64,000 bases of DNA from NCBI GenBank assembly GCA_964016885.1, contig OZ024742.1:152458001-152522000 (forward strand), given 5' to 3'. This DNA comes from Eledone cirrhosa. Taxonomy: Eukaryota. The notes below the pieces were generated by a model. The model saw only the letters and a program-made list of their open reading frames with translations, did no database searches and was not told the DNA's origin. The number at the start of each line of letters is the position of its first letter. Position 1 is the first letter of the stretch. The translations under genes and the position numbers were made by a program. Of this stretch, positions 25,901 to 39,347 are shown one piece after another.

Positions 25901-27480
25901 TCCTCAGTGGCCGTATCTCTGTTCCAGGTATTATTTATCTCAGTATTCAGATCATTGTCTGCTTCGGGTGGTTCCTTCGTTCTCACGACCTCTTCACCTT
26001 CATTTCCCACTGGCTCGCTTATCTGGCATACTACACCCGCCATCTCCAAGCCATTCTCTCTGCTCAGTTCCTCCAGTTCCAGCTCGCTTATCCACCCATT
26101 AGTTCTTATTACCCGAGCCTGCCCGGCCAATTTTTGTTCATCTAATTTAAATAAACCAATCTCGTTCCAGATGTTAAGCATCCGTCTCCTGTAGCCCCTC
26201 TCCTTGGGGTTACTTTTCAGGTAACATTGCTTAACAGTTCTATTCAATTCTTTCGTCCAGTTGGTTCTGGCCCCTTTCCTTCTTCTCCTTCCTCCAACAT
26301 CAGCAGTATTTGGTTGACAGTCAGGTTCCTGCTGCTGAGCCAGGGGGCACCTGTTGGGTGAGAGTCTGTCACATGACGTTCTAGTCTCCATTTCTCCGTT
26401 ATTCGAACTGTTTATGTTCGATATTTAAACACTCTTATCGAGGATTGGCGAATGTATGGTTACATAGCCATCTGTGGATCCGCCATTCCACTTGGCCCTT
26501 CTGTGGCATTATTACCACGTTGTATACGAACACACATAAACAAACAAACACACAGGCAGAAAGGGCCCCAAAAATGAATAAGCATAAGTTTCATTGTAAT
26601 GTAGTGTTCGAATGTCTGACTTAGTTTTTGTTTTTTAAGTTTTAGTTTTTCCCCCCTCTTCTCTGTCCGTCCGCCTGCTTCTCTCTTCATTCTTATTTTC
26701 TTTACGTTTTTTTGGGTTTTTTTTTGTTTTTGTTTTTCTCTGTTTGTTTTTCTCGTTTTTTGCTGTTGTTGCTGTGCTGCTTTGGTTTTGTTGTTTGTTT
26801 TTTCTTTCTTTTTTCTTTTGAGTCTATCTATATATTTTGATGCCTTCCTCTTTTTTAGCAGTAGGGATTCTATAATGTGGTGGCAGCAGCCAGCTGGTAG
26901 AAGTGGCAGACTGGCGGCGGTAGTGATACTGAGACAGTGGTGGTGGTGATGTCGATACCGAGGCAGTGGTGGCGGTGATGTGACCGTATTACTGTAGTGA
27001 TGGTGCTGTAGCGGTAGTAGCAGTGAAGGAGTGAAGGGGAGGTGGCGGCGGTGATGGGATAATGGTGGTAATGATGGCCGTAGTGAGCGGTGGTGGTGAA
27101 AATGCCGTTATCTGGCTGTTGTGTTTAGTGTACACAGGTGATGGGGTGGGTGGTGTATCTAGTTTCTGGTGTTGGTGAGTTTGGCTGTTCTATATAGTGT
27201 AGACAGAGGAGAGGAGGGGGGGGGGGTTATTCTTCCATTTATAGCCATTTTCTTTTTTGATATACAGTGTACGATACAAAGTTGAATATTTGAATATTTG
27301 AGCCTTATAACAATATATTTTGGGTCCGAATTTTTTGGGGCTCAAGCCGGGTGCTTTACTAAGAGTTGTACTAACATTTGTACTAAGAGTTGTTATTTCA
27401 CAAATGATTTAAATATGTTAAAAATTCAAAACTTACGGGAGCGATTTCATGACCTCCGTCACCTCGTGCGTCTTCTTCCC
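22921..27480 (-). mobile_element. R4/Dong family 1 copy B, essentially full length
   Basis: Same 5' start as copy A; a single ORF with RT, CCHC and REL domains; short 3' UTR ending in (AAT)n. Confidence 0.9.
23001..26391 (-). pseudogene. Dong/R4 ORF: RT + CCHC zinc finger + restriction-like (REL) endonuclease, about two frameshifts
   Basis: ORFs 26391-24787, 24865-24173 ([18 protein letters not shown]) and 24080-23001 (CRICGEREETV..C, RHD, WDFRIQTD..HNIPNL..DVACP). The catalytic RPD is mutated here but intact in copy C. Confidence 0.88.
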
Positions 27481-27500
27481 TATTATATTATTATTATTAT

Positions 27501-27674
27501 TGGCAGTATCGGTAGAGAGTCGGACGCCATGATTTCCAGCATAGTTACGTCCCTTTACGATCCGAGTTCAAATCCCGCCGAGGTTGACTTTGCCTTTCAT
27601 CCTTACGGGGTCGATAAAATAAAGAACCAGTAATGCACTGGGTAATTGCTGGCCTTGTGCCTAAAGTAGAAACA

Positions 27675-27710
<36 letters not shown>

Positions 27711-27746
27711 GTTATTATTATTGTTATTATTATTATTATTATTATT
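27501..27746 (+). mobile_element. SINE (same family as 21836) with a long (TTA)n tail
   Basis: A-box TGGCAGTATCGG; B-box AGTTCAAATCC; same core and tail. Confidence 0.82.
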
Positions 27747-30601
27747 GTTCTTTGAGCCTCAGTCATTAATGTTATTTAACTGGAAAGTTTGTTGAAATGA
27801 ATATCAAGCCACTACCTGCAGACTCATATATTCAGGACGTATCGGAGGGTTCTTGCTGTTCCCAGCAAGCATGCCTTTTGAATTGTTCCAAAAAGCGGGG
27901 CGGGACCACTTTTCTTTAAACTTCCTTGGAAACTCTTTGAGATAGTACCTAGTGAGCCTATGACAATCGGGGCCACTTTGACTTCATGGCAGTTCCAAAT
28001 CCTTTCTACCTCCCACTTTAAGTCCTGGTATCGGTTAATGTTCTCCCTCTCCTTCTCTTGCACTCTCGTGTCGAATGGGCAGGCTACATCCACAATCAGG
28101 CACGATCTTTTTTCCTTGTCCAAAACCACCAGGTCAGGTCTATTGTATTCCAGTTTCTTGTCCGTCTGTATCCTAAAATCCCACAGCACCTTCACCTGAT
28201 CATTTTCTATCACCGACTCTGGCTTATGCTCATACCACTTCTCAGAATGTGGTGAATTGTTTACTTTGCATAGGTGACAGTGGATCACCCTGCCCATCAC
28301 ATCATGTCTCCAGCCTTTATAGTGAGGCTGGGCTAGGTGTTTACACTCGGATACAATGTGAGCCACAGTCTCCTCTCTCCCTACACAGATCCTACACAGT
28401 GGACTAGCCTCCTCCTTGTAAATATGGTGTTTCAGCCATTTCATTTTGAGGGATTGCTCTTGCGCAGCCATTAGCATTCCATCTGTAGCCCTTTTAAGGT
28501 CTCCTCTTTTCAACAATTTCTATGTCTGTGGATCTCTAATTTCAGTTTTCTCAAAGAAGGTACTATGAAGGTTGCTCTTCTCCCTTGTTGTTATTTCTTC
28601 CTTGGGCATCCCCTGGTCTATTTTCCTCTCCTTCAGTACAATTCTGAGCATTGGCTTCCTAATATCAGTCACGTATTTGTGTAGGTTGTCTTTCACCATC
28701 TGAACACAGTCCTCTATGCTGATAAGACCTCTTCCACCTTCAGATCTCTAGGTTTTTGGTTATCCAAGAATGAGGTACCATGTGAATGCCTCTTTGTAGT
28801 CTATCCCTCCCATGGCAAGACCAGTGTATCTCCTCTTGTAATTCCTCATTACCATCTTATCCTTAAGTAACTGGTCCTTTGTACCACGGGACTTCTTTCG
28901 GCATCCTTTCTGTTCGTCCGGTAACAAGTTGTTTGTGTGGAGGTGATGGCAGATTTCCTCAGACATAATGCTTGTCAACAGTTTCCACATAACGGACAGA
29001 CATGTGATAGGTCTATAGTTGGTAACATCATTTCCCTGAATTCGGTCTTTCATTATCAGAACCGTGGTACATTTTGTCAACCACCCTGGTTCCTCACCTG
29101 ACATCAAGCAGTCATTGAACATGGTTGTCAGTTTCGGGTGGAGGGATGTTATATGTTTAATCTGGCCTGGCGATTTCCAGTTGGTTAGTTTTTTGGCCTG
29201 CCCCTTAAGAGTTTCAAATGTGATACTCGAATCAGTTTGTTGGTGTGCCTGTTCACTAATCTCCTTCTGTACTGTCTCAATCCACACTGCCTGGTCATTA
29301 TGTTTAACATCCTGCTCCCATATTCCTCTCCAGAATGTTTTAGTTTGTTCCGCCTCAGGATCAAGTCGTTGCCTCTTTCTTTCCCTTCAAGCTGTCCAAA
29401 CAGCATCTTCTGGTTGTTGTCAAACATGCGGTTCTGTCTATACTGACTGACTCTGCTCTCGTATAGCCTAATTTTTGCACTCTTTGTTATAGTGCGTTGA
29501 TTCAGTTCCTCTATGATAATATTTAGCTTTTTCCTTCTAGTTTTGTACTTTATTTCCAATCTATTTTTAGTGTCTATGTTTTTTAGTGTCCCATTCAGTA
29601 GGGACTCAAGCTTTCCAATGTCATTTCTCATTTCCCTGATTTGACCACTCAGTCGTTTCTTCCACCAAGGTTCTGATCTTTCTTGTTTGTTGTTTCCTCT
29701 CGCTTTTATACCAAGTAATTTCCTCACCGTATTTGCTGTTGCTTTGAGGATATTGTTGCACTGGTGAAGGCTCCTCGTCTCAAGGTATGGGATGACTTTG
29801 TTTACCTTAGGTGTTGTTTCTTTTAACTTTTTCCTGTCTACAAATCTTAGGTTCATAGGTTTCCCTCTATCATTGTTCAATTCATCTACCACTAAGTTTA
29901 GGATATCAACCAAATCTTGTCCTAGTCCGACAGCATTCATCTCCTCAGTGGCCGTAACTCTGTTCCATGTATTATTTATTTCAGCATTCAGAACATCATT
30001 GTCTGCTTCGGATTGTTCCTCCGTTCTCTCAACCTCTTCACCTTCATTTACCACTGGCTGGTTTGCCTGGCATACTCCACTCTCCATCTCCAAGCTAATC
30101 TCTCTGCTCATTTCCTCCAGTTCCAGCTCGCTTATCCATCCATTAGTTCTTATTACCCGAGTCTGCCCGGCCAATTTTTGTTCATCTAATTTAAATAGAC
30201 CAATCTCGTTCCAGATGTTATGCATCCGTTTCCTATAGCCTTTCTCCTTGGGGTTACTCTTCAGGTAACATTGCATAACAGTTCTATTCAATTCTTTCGT
30301 CCGGTTGGTTCTGGTCCCTTTCCTTCTTCTTCCTCCGACACCAGCAGCATTTGGTTGACAGCCAGGTCCCTGCTGCTGAGCCAGAGAGCACCTGCTGGGT
30401 GAGAGTCTGTCACATGACATTCTAGTCTCCACTTCACCGTTATTCGAACTGTTTAGGTTCGACATTTAAACACTCTTATCGAGGATTGGTGATTGTATGG
30501 TTACATAACCACCGGTGATTTTGTCACTCCCGGTGATTTTGGTGTGGCACTATCACGCTGTAGACGAACATAAATAAACAAACAAACAAACAGGCAGAAA
30601 A
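27747..30601 (-). mobile_element. R4/Dong family 1 copy C with a ~750-bp internal deletion of the RT core
   Basis: ORFs 30465-29185, 29287-28760 and 28516-27824 (NRPDLVV intact); deletion junction at ~28745; lacks the long 5' region of copies A and B. Confidence 0.87.
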
Positions 30602-30602
30602 A

Positions 30603-30670
<68 letters not shown>
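30603..30670. repeat. (TTA)n microsatellite closing the insertion pile-up
   Basis: About 22 units read directly. Confidence 0.97.
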
Positions 30671-30699
30671 GTATACTCCTTTACGTTATATATATATGT

Positions 30700-30912
30700 A
30701 TATATATTAGTAGTTTTTTTGTGTGGTTGATTATGCTGATTGGGAGAGGAAATGATGTATATATTTTATCAAATGATTCTATGGACATACTTTATTATAT
30801 ATATATTATATATATATAATAAAGTATGTCCATAGAATCATTTGATAAAATATATACATCATTTCCTCTCCCAATCAGCATTATCAACCACACAAAAACT
30901 ATTAATATATAT
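30700..30912. repeat. Foldback palindrome, ~100-bp arms centred on a TA tract
   Basis: TGTGTGGTTGAT...ATGGACATACTTTATT is mirrored by AATAAAGTATGTCCAT...ATCAACCACACA. Confidence 0.92.
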
Positions 30913-31030
30913 ATATATATATAATATATATATATAAGCAAAAGGGATATGCGATTTATTGGTAATTCAACAAATATAAATGTTTATAACTGATTCAGGG
31001 CACTCGACAAGGTTTCTGTAATATAATATT

Positions 31031-31390
31031 CAATGATATTAAATAAATGGAAACTATATTTATAAAACCATATTTATTCTATTATATATATTTCAAGGAT
31101 ACCAAAATTGTGGTACGCCCTCATAAGATAAAATACAAACTTTGTTTTATAAATTTTGACATAAACAAGAAAAAATACCTTAACGGTTCAAGTTTTTCCT
31201 GGATAGAAACGGTTCAAGTTTTTCCAGGAAAACTTGTACCGTTAAGGTATTTTTTCTTGGTTATGTCAACATTTATAAAACAAACTTTGTATTTTATCTG
31301 ATGAGATCGTACCAAAGTTTTGGTACCCTTGAAATATATATAATAGAATAAATATGGTTTTATAAACAGTTTCCAGTTATTCAATATCAT

Positions 31391-31392
<2 letters not shown>
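31031..31392. repeat. Foldback palindrome, ~170-bp arms, each with a hammerhead-like motif
   Basis: CAATGATATT...ACGGTTCAAGTTTT is mirrored by AAAACTTGTACCGT...AATATCATTG, with scattered mismatches. Confidence 0.92.
31290..31350 (+). ncRNA. Type I hammerhead ribozyme motif
   Basis: Stem I TATTTTAT/ATAGAATA; CTGATGA; stem II containing GTACCAAA/TTTGGTAC; GAAA; palindromic stem III ATATATAT; cleavage triplet AUA. The mirror copy at 31075-31135 (-) has CTTATGA. Confidence 0.65.
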
Positions 31393-31471
<79 letters not shown>

Positions 31472-31666
31472 TATAGGTATGGTAATATTGGGGTTCTTCA
31501 ATATAGATCCTGGTAAAGATGAGAGAAAGCCTATGCTATCCAGTTTCCTTGATACAGCAGACATTCAAATTCTGCCGGGAGAGAGAAAAAGAGGAATGGG
31601 TAGAGAAGAAGGAAAGAGAGTGTGCGTTTGACGGCACATTACTTCTGGATTAGGGTGTACAGATCC

Positions 31667-31915
31667 TGACCTTAAGGTTGTATATTTGAATCCCAACGGC
31701 ACGCTGTGCAATTGAGCAAGATTCTATTTTATGTTGCTCCTGTTCACCCAGCTAGTAAAAATGAATTGGGCCACTAATTCAAACAGCAAACATTTTACAC
31801 GTGTCTAGCTGAATTCCCCTGAAAACTACGTTAATTGTATGCATGTCTGTGAAAGGCTCAGCCCTTAATTAAACGAGACGGCCATTCAGTCATCCGAAGA
31901 ATTGGAATACTCGTC
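31667..31915 (+). mobile_element. Old SINE remnant (CORE-like)
   Basis: Degenerate B box TTTGAATCCC, followed by TTGAGCAAG...TTGCTCCTGTTCACCCAGCT...AAATGAAT. Confidence 0.4.
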
Positions 31916-33494
31916 GGAACAGGTGGATGTCCAACAGTTAACGTAGAATTCAAGGATATTTATAACGAGGGTTTACGCTCGTAAAATTCCTGTGTTTCCG
32001 ATAGGAACACAGAAAATATGTCACCTGTTGTTGGTAATATGTCAACAAAACGACTCTGATAGCTGTACTCCTTTTATTTCATAAAAATAAATTTGCTATA
32101 TGCAAAGAACTTTCTTTTAAAAGCAAAATTCTGATGGGAAAGATTACATACATTTTCAACATATACGACAACACAAAATCGAAGTAAAAAGAGAAAAAAT
32201 CTATTTATTATCTCTTTAACTATATACTATTGTTGAAAATTGCTCAATATACATGAAAAATTGATTATTTGTTTTCGAATGTCGATAGAATTTCTTACCT
32301 GAAATGTTATGCCAGCGAGTGAGAGTAATGTTATTGCTTATAGCTTTATTATGAAATTCCTTCCTGCCTCATTCGAAACAAAGTAAAAAGAAAAAAAACT
32401 CCAGGGAAACAAAAGAAACTCTAAATAGACAATGCATGGTAGGAAATATTGAAATAATAAATAAAAGAATATTAGAGCTTTAAAATTCATCGGTATCCAT
32501 TCAAATTTTATGTAATTTCCATTTTCATGAGCTTTTAATATTTTTTTCTACATTTTTCTTTGTATGTATATTAAAATAAAGGTAAAGTTATATTTTATTA
32601 TAAACTGTAAACAATTTGTCGGGTATTTTTTTTCAATGTCCTCTCGTATTTATATTATATCTTTTCATCATCAAAACTTTTTTGTTTTGCAATATTATCA
32701 TTTGTGTTCAAATTTGAAAGAGATATATTTATTGCGTGTAATATTGGTTTCTTTTACCTAAGCACAAGGCATCACATTTACATAGCACTGCAATAAAATT
32801 GTATAACATTGGTGTCGTTCTCCAGGCATCGTAAACAAAGCGAATTCGCTTCAATAGAGGATAAATCCCGCTTGCTGTCATATGCGCTATTGCATTCGTA
32901 ACCAATTTCTAGTTATTTTGGTATACGGTTTGTGTGTATATGTGGGATGTCATAACGTATCTACGGGTATTTCCGACGTGAATTAATTAAACTAAATTCA
33001 ACTAGGTTTCAAAGCCGTCTCATGAATCAATCAGCATATTAATATTTCACTTGATACAATATACCCATATAACCAATTACGAAGAACAAATATACGTGAA
33101 AGAATGGGAAGTTTTATTAAATGCCGTAATATAATCATGAAGCTTGTACCGATATTCTTTGTGATATATGTATGATTCTTCTGGTTTTATTATTTTTTAA
33201 AAATTCTGTTTCCAACAGAGAATCAAACTCTTTCATTAGAATTTAGAAAACATCACCTACCTAATTATGTATGAATTTCTGAATATTGATGTGTGTGAGT
33301 GTGTATGTATGTAGATGTGAGTGCTTTTGCATGAGTGGATCTATCAATCTGTATATCCCGGTGTCTTCTGTATATGTATCTGTACACAAAAACACACACA
33401 CTTATATATATAGAAAGAGGTAGTTCCACAACAGAGTTAGTTCACCATACTGAAAACAAATGTTTCACTTTATTCGGATCCTCAGCTCGGTCTA

Positions 33495-33639
<145 letters not shown>

Positions 33640-34771
33640 TATATTTTTGTGTTTATGATACCCATTTCACTACACAGTAGTGTGCATTATAGTGCCTGAG
33701 TATATGAAAATATAGAGCATCATGCTCTCAAAAGAAGGGTTAAATGGTTTGGAAATATAAATCTATTGACATTGTCGTGTTTTAATGAGTACATGTACAT
33801 ATTATGTAACATGTAATGTACACAACCAGATTGCCTATTAGGCTCACCTTTAATATTAATTGCAAAGAAATCTAGAGCTCATTTAGCGGACTACAGGTTT
33901 ATAGTAATTTTTGTTTATATATTCCTGTGAAAAACAATGTAAATACAATCCTGGCTACATTTGAAATCTCAAGTAAACGAAAAGAATCGAAATATTATAA
34001 GACATTTAATCTAGGGCCCGTTAAACTAAATACAATTCACTTCACTGAAATGTTGTCAACGCGTTAACGAAAATGGGAAGAACTACCAGAATTCTTTAAT
34101 AAAAAATACTTGGCAGAAAATATCAAAACTCCCTTCTTACGACACCCAAACCTATCTCTTTCCATGAAATGTAGCTGAAAACAAATATTTATTAAAACGT
34201 ATATTTATTAAATGGGTGTGTGTTATATGACCACAAATATCGAAAATGAGGAGAATGAGGAACAATGAGGAAAAATGGTCAAAATGTCAGGAAAAAAAAT
34301 CTAAAAAAGAAACATTCTCAAAATAGATTCATATGTAGTTTTAAAAGGTTTATTTATTTGGAAAATATATATTATTTACATTAATAGATTGTACATAAAT
34401 GTAGGTAAATATATAGATTATATAAATATATAAAAGAAATATTTGAAACATTTATATAAGTGATTTTAAGAAGGTTATCTTTTAAAATAAAATATATATT
34501 TTTTCAGCTAACTTTTTTTCAGCTAACTTTTAAAACTATAAATAAATATTTAAGAGCGCTTATTTTAACGGAAGTATATATTCGGACAGTTTCTAAAGCT
34601 GCTAACGTTCAACAGTTTTCAATACTTTAAAATTCAGTTGTATGGATTCTGGCATTCGGTGAGGTAATCGCTACATCTAATAAAGAAAATACCTAATTAT
34701 AGTTTATGATATATGAGCGGTCTTTCTTCAAATTACGTGATATATAGTCTTTCAGTCTAATACAATTGAAA

Positions 34772-34900
34772 ATGACCAGTAAGCCCCGCGAGTTGGAGTG
34801 GCTTTTCCAGCGCGTCTCCCTTGCCGTCCTCCGGGGAAACGCCTTCTCTATCCTGTCCGCCGGGGCTGTGGGTGGGCCCCATCGCGTATCAGGCCGATAA
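34772..34900 (+). mobile_element. 3'-terminal fragment of a CRE-clade non-LTR retrotransposon
   Basis: The frame from 34772 reads PRELEWLFQRVSLAVLRGNAFSILS, matching the CRE-type C-terminal QRxSxAxxRGNA motif; GC-rich island in AT-rich DNA. Confidence 0.65.
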
Positions 34901-35989
34901 ATAAAGTACCAATCCGTCATTGGTGTCGATTCTCCACCCACCTTTTCTCTCTATCCACACAAACACACATCTTTCCTTGGAGATAAAATTAAAGCAGGAT
35001 GTAGTCTATTCCGTAAATTCAACTTTATGGTAAGTAAATGTAAATCTATCAAAAATATCCAATCACATTATGGAAGAAAATGTACTTGCTTTAATAGATC
35101 ATGTATGTGATTGTGAATTTGTCTTACCGAAGCCGGATGGAGGAAAAGCAAAGATGTTGTTGTTACTATTTAAACTCAGAATACGAAGAATACACTAATA
35201 ACATTTGAAACTTTTAAAGCGTTCGACAGTCCATAAAGGACAGAAGAAAATTAACTAAATAATTACGTACCTACTAACTATTCAACTAGCCAACTAACTA
35301 ATATTTGGCGGGTAGTTTTTTTTTAACATCTCCGAAATAGTGAAAGTATAGCTGGATTCGATCTAAAAACATAAAGAGGTGTAGCAATATACTGCAATTT
35401 ATGCCATCCGTGACTCAATAGATTATACACATATCCTACCCTCGTTTAGAATTACGATTAAATAACAAGCATTTTAGAAATTACTTCAAATGTAAATTTA
35501 AAATTAACACACTAGAGTATAGGCTGAATACAGTTGTGAAAAACGTTCAACGACAAGAGCGTTTGCAGAATATTTTCCATATAACTAGCAGTGTTCATTT
35601 CAACCTTTATTCTCGCAAAATGTCACACATAACATAGTAATAATGCATACCAATGTTAGATGCAGTTTTCCTACGATAATACAAAATAATGATTTTTTGG
35701 CTCACATCGAACGGACTGACATCTACATTTTTCTATAACATGATATGATATATGATTCAGTGTAGAACTCCTAAAAGCTATTAGCAGTTAATACGTTCCC
35801 AATACACGATGGAAGATACGTTTATAAAACAGACATGCAAAACTTGTTAAATTTAATTACCGACAAACGTTGGATTTTGCAAATGCACAATAAGTTAATT
35901 GCCCAATGGAAATAGAAAATGAAACAACAGGCCATTTTTCCAATTATATTGATATTTATACGAGTGCTTTTACATTGAATGTAAGGGGT

Positions 35990-36210
35990 ACTGGATTGGC
36001 ACAATGGTTACAGCGTAGGGTGAAATGTATTGTAGTATTTCATTACCGCCCTTTTAGTTCTGATTCAAATCCTGCTAAGATCAACTTTGCATTTCATCCT
36101 TCCAGGTCGATAAAATAAACTACTAGTTAAATACAGGGTTAGATATAACCGGGTTGTCCCCGACTCCATCAAATTGCTGGCCCTGTGCCAATGTTATAAA
36201 AGAATTATCA
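35990..36210 (+). mobile_element. Diverged SINE copy (Meta-like core)
   Basis: TGGCACAATGG A box; ATTCAAATCC B box; AACTTTGCATTTCATCCTTCCAGGTCGATAAAAT; AATTGCTGGCCCTGTGCC tail. Confidence 0.7.
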
Positions 36211-39042
36211 ATATTGAATTTCACCGCTCTCATTCATAGGATATATTTTTCAAACTTAGATAACTTTTTCTATGTCGAATTGTTAGAGATCTTTCAAAGA
36301 ATGGTTTGAAGTCTGTTGAAATTCTATCAGAGTTTGACAAAAGAAAAACAACATAAATTTGAATATTTTTCTTTGGAGCGGGAGTTAATACACTGCTAAA
36401 ATGTCATCGAGAAACAGCATAACAAAACACACATTTTGAAACAAATATCAATGCTTTTTATAAAGAAATGCTATCTCGACGAATAGCTTGACAATAACAA
36501 TACCAATAACAATACCAGTTACTACAAAACCACACAGCTTTGCACACATATCTGTCAAAATACAGCATCCATCCTGCTGAAATTCTTGATGAAAGCAAAC
36601 CCCTATCAGTGTGTTGGTACTGAGAATTGTATCTTGTCAGAGCAATTTTTCCATTAGAGGTCAAGGAGTTGACATACAACATGTCCCGTGAGAGCAGTTT
36701 TAGTAGCGAGGCTAGTCGTAGTTTCGTAAATGGCTGAGATCACTTCATTCGCATCTCCAGAAAGGAAGGATGCCAGAACCTCACTTGAAGTCGTACCAGC
36801 TAACCCACTTGCGAAGTTGGGGCGGGAATGTAGATCGAGGAGGAATAACAGAGACAAGGAGAAAACATGGAATAGAAAACAGGAAAATGCTGATGAAGGC
36901 AAGGTGGCGCGGGCAATCTGCAGAAAGCTGCATCTCTATGTGTTGGGGGTTAAATTATAATATCGATGGTGGGTCAGCTGCCTGGGCTATTTTAAGCTCG
37001 CCTTTTTATGCTAGATTGGACTTCATACCTGAAGATATATTTTAACGTAATTTGGATTTATATTTTTTCTATATCTTCTAGGGTTTGAATCAGAGAAATG
37101 CAAGATTGTGACATTGACCTACAAGCTCACGAGTTCAATGCTGGTTTAATAGATAAAAATGAAGATATGCGATGTAGAACGGAAGAGTTAAAGCTGTAAT
37201 AGAAAAAAGAAACATATGGTAGAATGTTTGTGAAAATACACATCAATGATTTAGAGTGCCTTTGAACTGTAAGACCTAGTAGAGTATTTTTGTTTGACTA
37301 ACCTAAAAAGTTCTTCCGAGGTCTTTTGGTCGCGCAATGTTTTGAAATTCATTTTTATGTATGGGTCTATGTACTCAATATGAACCCCACTGTGTGTTGG
37401 CATTCTTCCTTGAACTATGCTAAATGTCGTGCGCGTTTATGGCCAATGAAACATACCATAAACATCATCTTGATCACCGTCATCAACAACATCACATTTG
37501 TTAAAAGGTGTGTGAATGTAGAAACAATGACCCGAGTTGATGGTTTTACTGTGAGCCTGTACGCTGGAGAGTTTCGGAAGGAGAGGGAACGTTCTGATAG
37601 TACTCTTGGAGATTAGGGTTTAATATTTTTGTACATTCTCACTCTTCATCTCGTTTCCATTGTCCTCCACAATTCGGCCCATGTGCACAATAAAGAAATA
37701 ATAACTATTATTTATACACATGCCCAGTTATTCGGGAGAGAATATAATCAATTGAATTGATCCTAGTTCATGATCAGTAAATTATTTATATCGACAGTGG
37801 AAAGATAGAGGGAAAGTTGTCCCTATAGCGTTTAAATTCAGAAATAAAGGCACCAAATCAAAGAAAAACAGACAATTTCTCTAATGTTCTACCGATTCTG
37901 TCAGTCCAACACAATATTATTGTTGCGGATAGCTAAATCATTAAAGAAAATATTTTTCAATACTCAATTACGTCCGGACCCTTCCTTCTAAATCATTATT
38001 ATTATTGTTGTTGTTTATTGTGGCGGATTGTCTGAAATCATAGTGTTGTAGACAACATAGCTTACGATATTTAATCCATTTCCTTTTGTCTTCTAAGCTC
38101 GAATACAGATCTAATCTCCACTTTTTAGCATTCTCAGGGCTGTGGAAAGAAAGCACCAGTCAGACAATATCGATATCATCTACATCTATCTGTTTCCTGG
38201 GCCTTTGTCTATTTAAGGAATCAATATGATTATAGTTTTGTTAGATATTTTGTTATTAATGTTGTTGCTATATTTACAATCAATAAAATTACTAGTGTCC
38301 CTCTAATAATCCTTCGAAATATATACTTAGAATTCTTACACAAATATAGCAGCACCATACAGCTTCACCGAGAAAGTGGAGCGAAGAAAATCACAATTAT
38401 TCGCATTAACTACTTAATAAAAAGAGAAAATAAAATTGCTCAATCCAAATATACTTATATTCCTTTACAGATTTAAGTAATTACTTCTTAGACATTCTGC
38501 TCCGTAAGGACGTTTAGAAGCAATGCAACATACCTAGAAATTAACATTCTTACATACCTAAAGCGATTCCACTTGCCAATCGTGTATTTCCATCTGCTTT
38601 TGCTCATTACTTGATTGTTTACGATTAACGAAGAAATTTTATCTAATATACGGAATTACCCAATAATACCCCACATCAGAGAACGTCTATTTCTGTCTAT
38701 AAAGATATCAACTATTTAAAACATCTCTTAATGGATTCAACAACAACAACAACAATAAGACATACACGGACACAGTTAAGAGCAATCATAATCAACTTAG
38801 TAATGTAGCAATCGTATTGCTGAGATTCACTATCCTTATTATGCAAACCCGAGATTATTTTGTCTTAAACAATGATACGACAACTAAATATAGACGGCTA
38901 CCTACCACTTTACTTCTGTATACAGACATCGCCCAATGTATTATAGTTAAAATTATATCATATGCGAAAAACCTTCTCACATATCTGCGAATATTGAATC
39001 TTGGTACGCATACAAACGTCCAGACGCCCATATATGTACACC

Positions 39043-39280
39043 CATAAGCATGTGTATAAGTATACACATACATCACATATATCTAAATATATACATACAC
39101 ATTTACACACACGCATTCGCATACGCAGAAGCACACACCCATAGAAGATATATATATATATATATATATATACCTTCTATGGGTGTGTGCTTCTGCGTAT
39201 GCGAATGCGTGTGTGTAAATGTGTATGTATATATTTAGATATACGTGATGTATGTGTATACTTACACACATGCTTATGTG
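39043..39280. repeat. Near-perfect palindrome, ~105-bp arms around a (TA)n core
   Basis: GCATTCGCATACGCAGAAGCACACACCCATAGAAG is mirrored by CTTCTATGGGTGTGTGCTTCTGCGTATGCGAATGC. Confidence 0.93.
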
Positions 39281-39286
39281 TATATA

Positions 39287-39345
<59 letters not shown>

Positions 39346-39347
<2 letters not shown>

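Noticed and set aside
735-30402. Antisense ORFs of 60-150 aa overlapping the Dong and Tx1 ORFs, recurring in several copies
   Set aside because: They are shadow frames of element coding sequence; recurrence just reflects copy identity.
36458-37616. Short ORFs as a host gene or processed pseudogene
   Set aside because: No recognisable domain, in-frame stops and no consistent splice structure.
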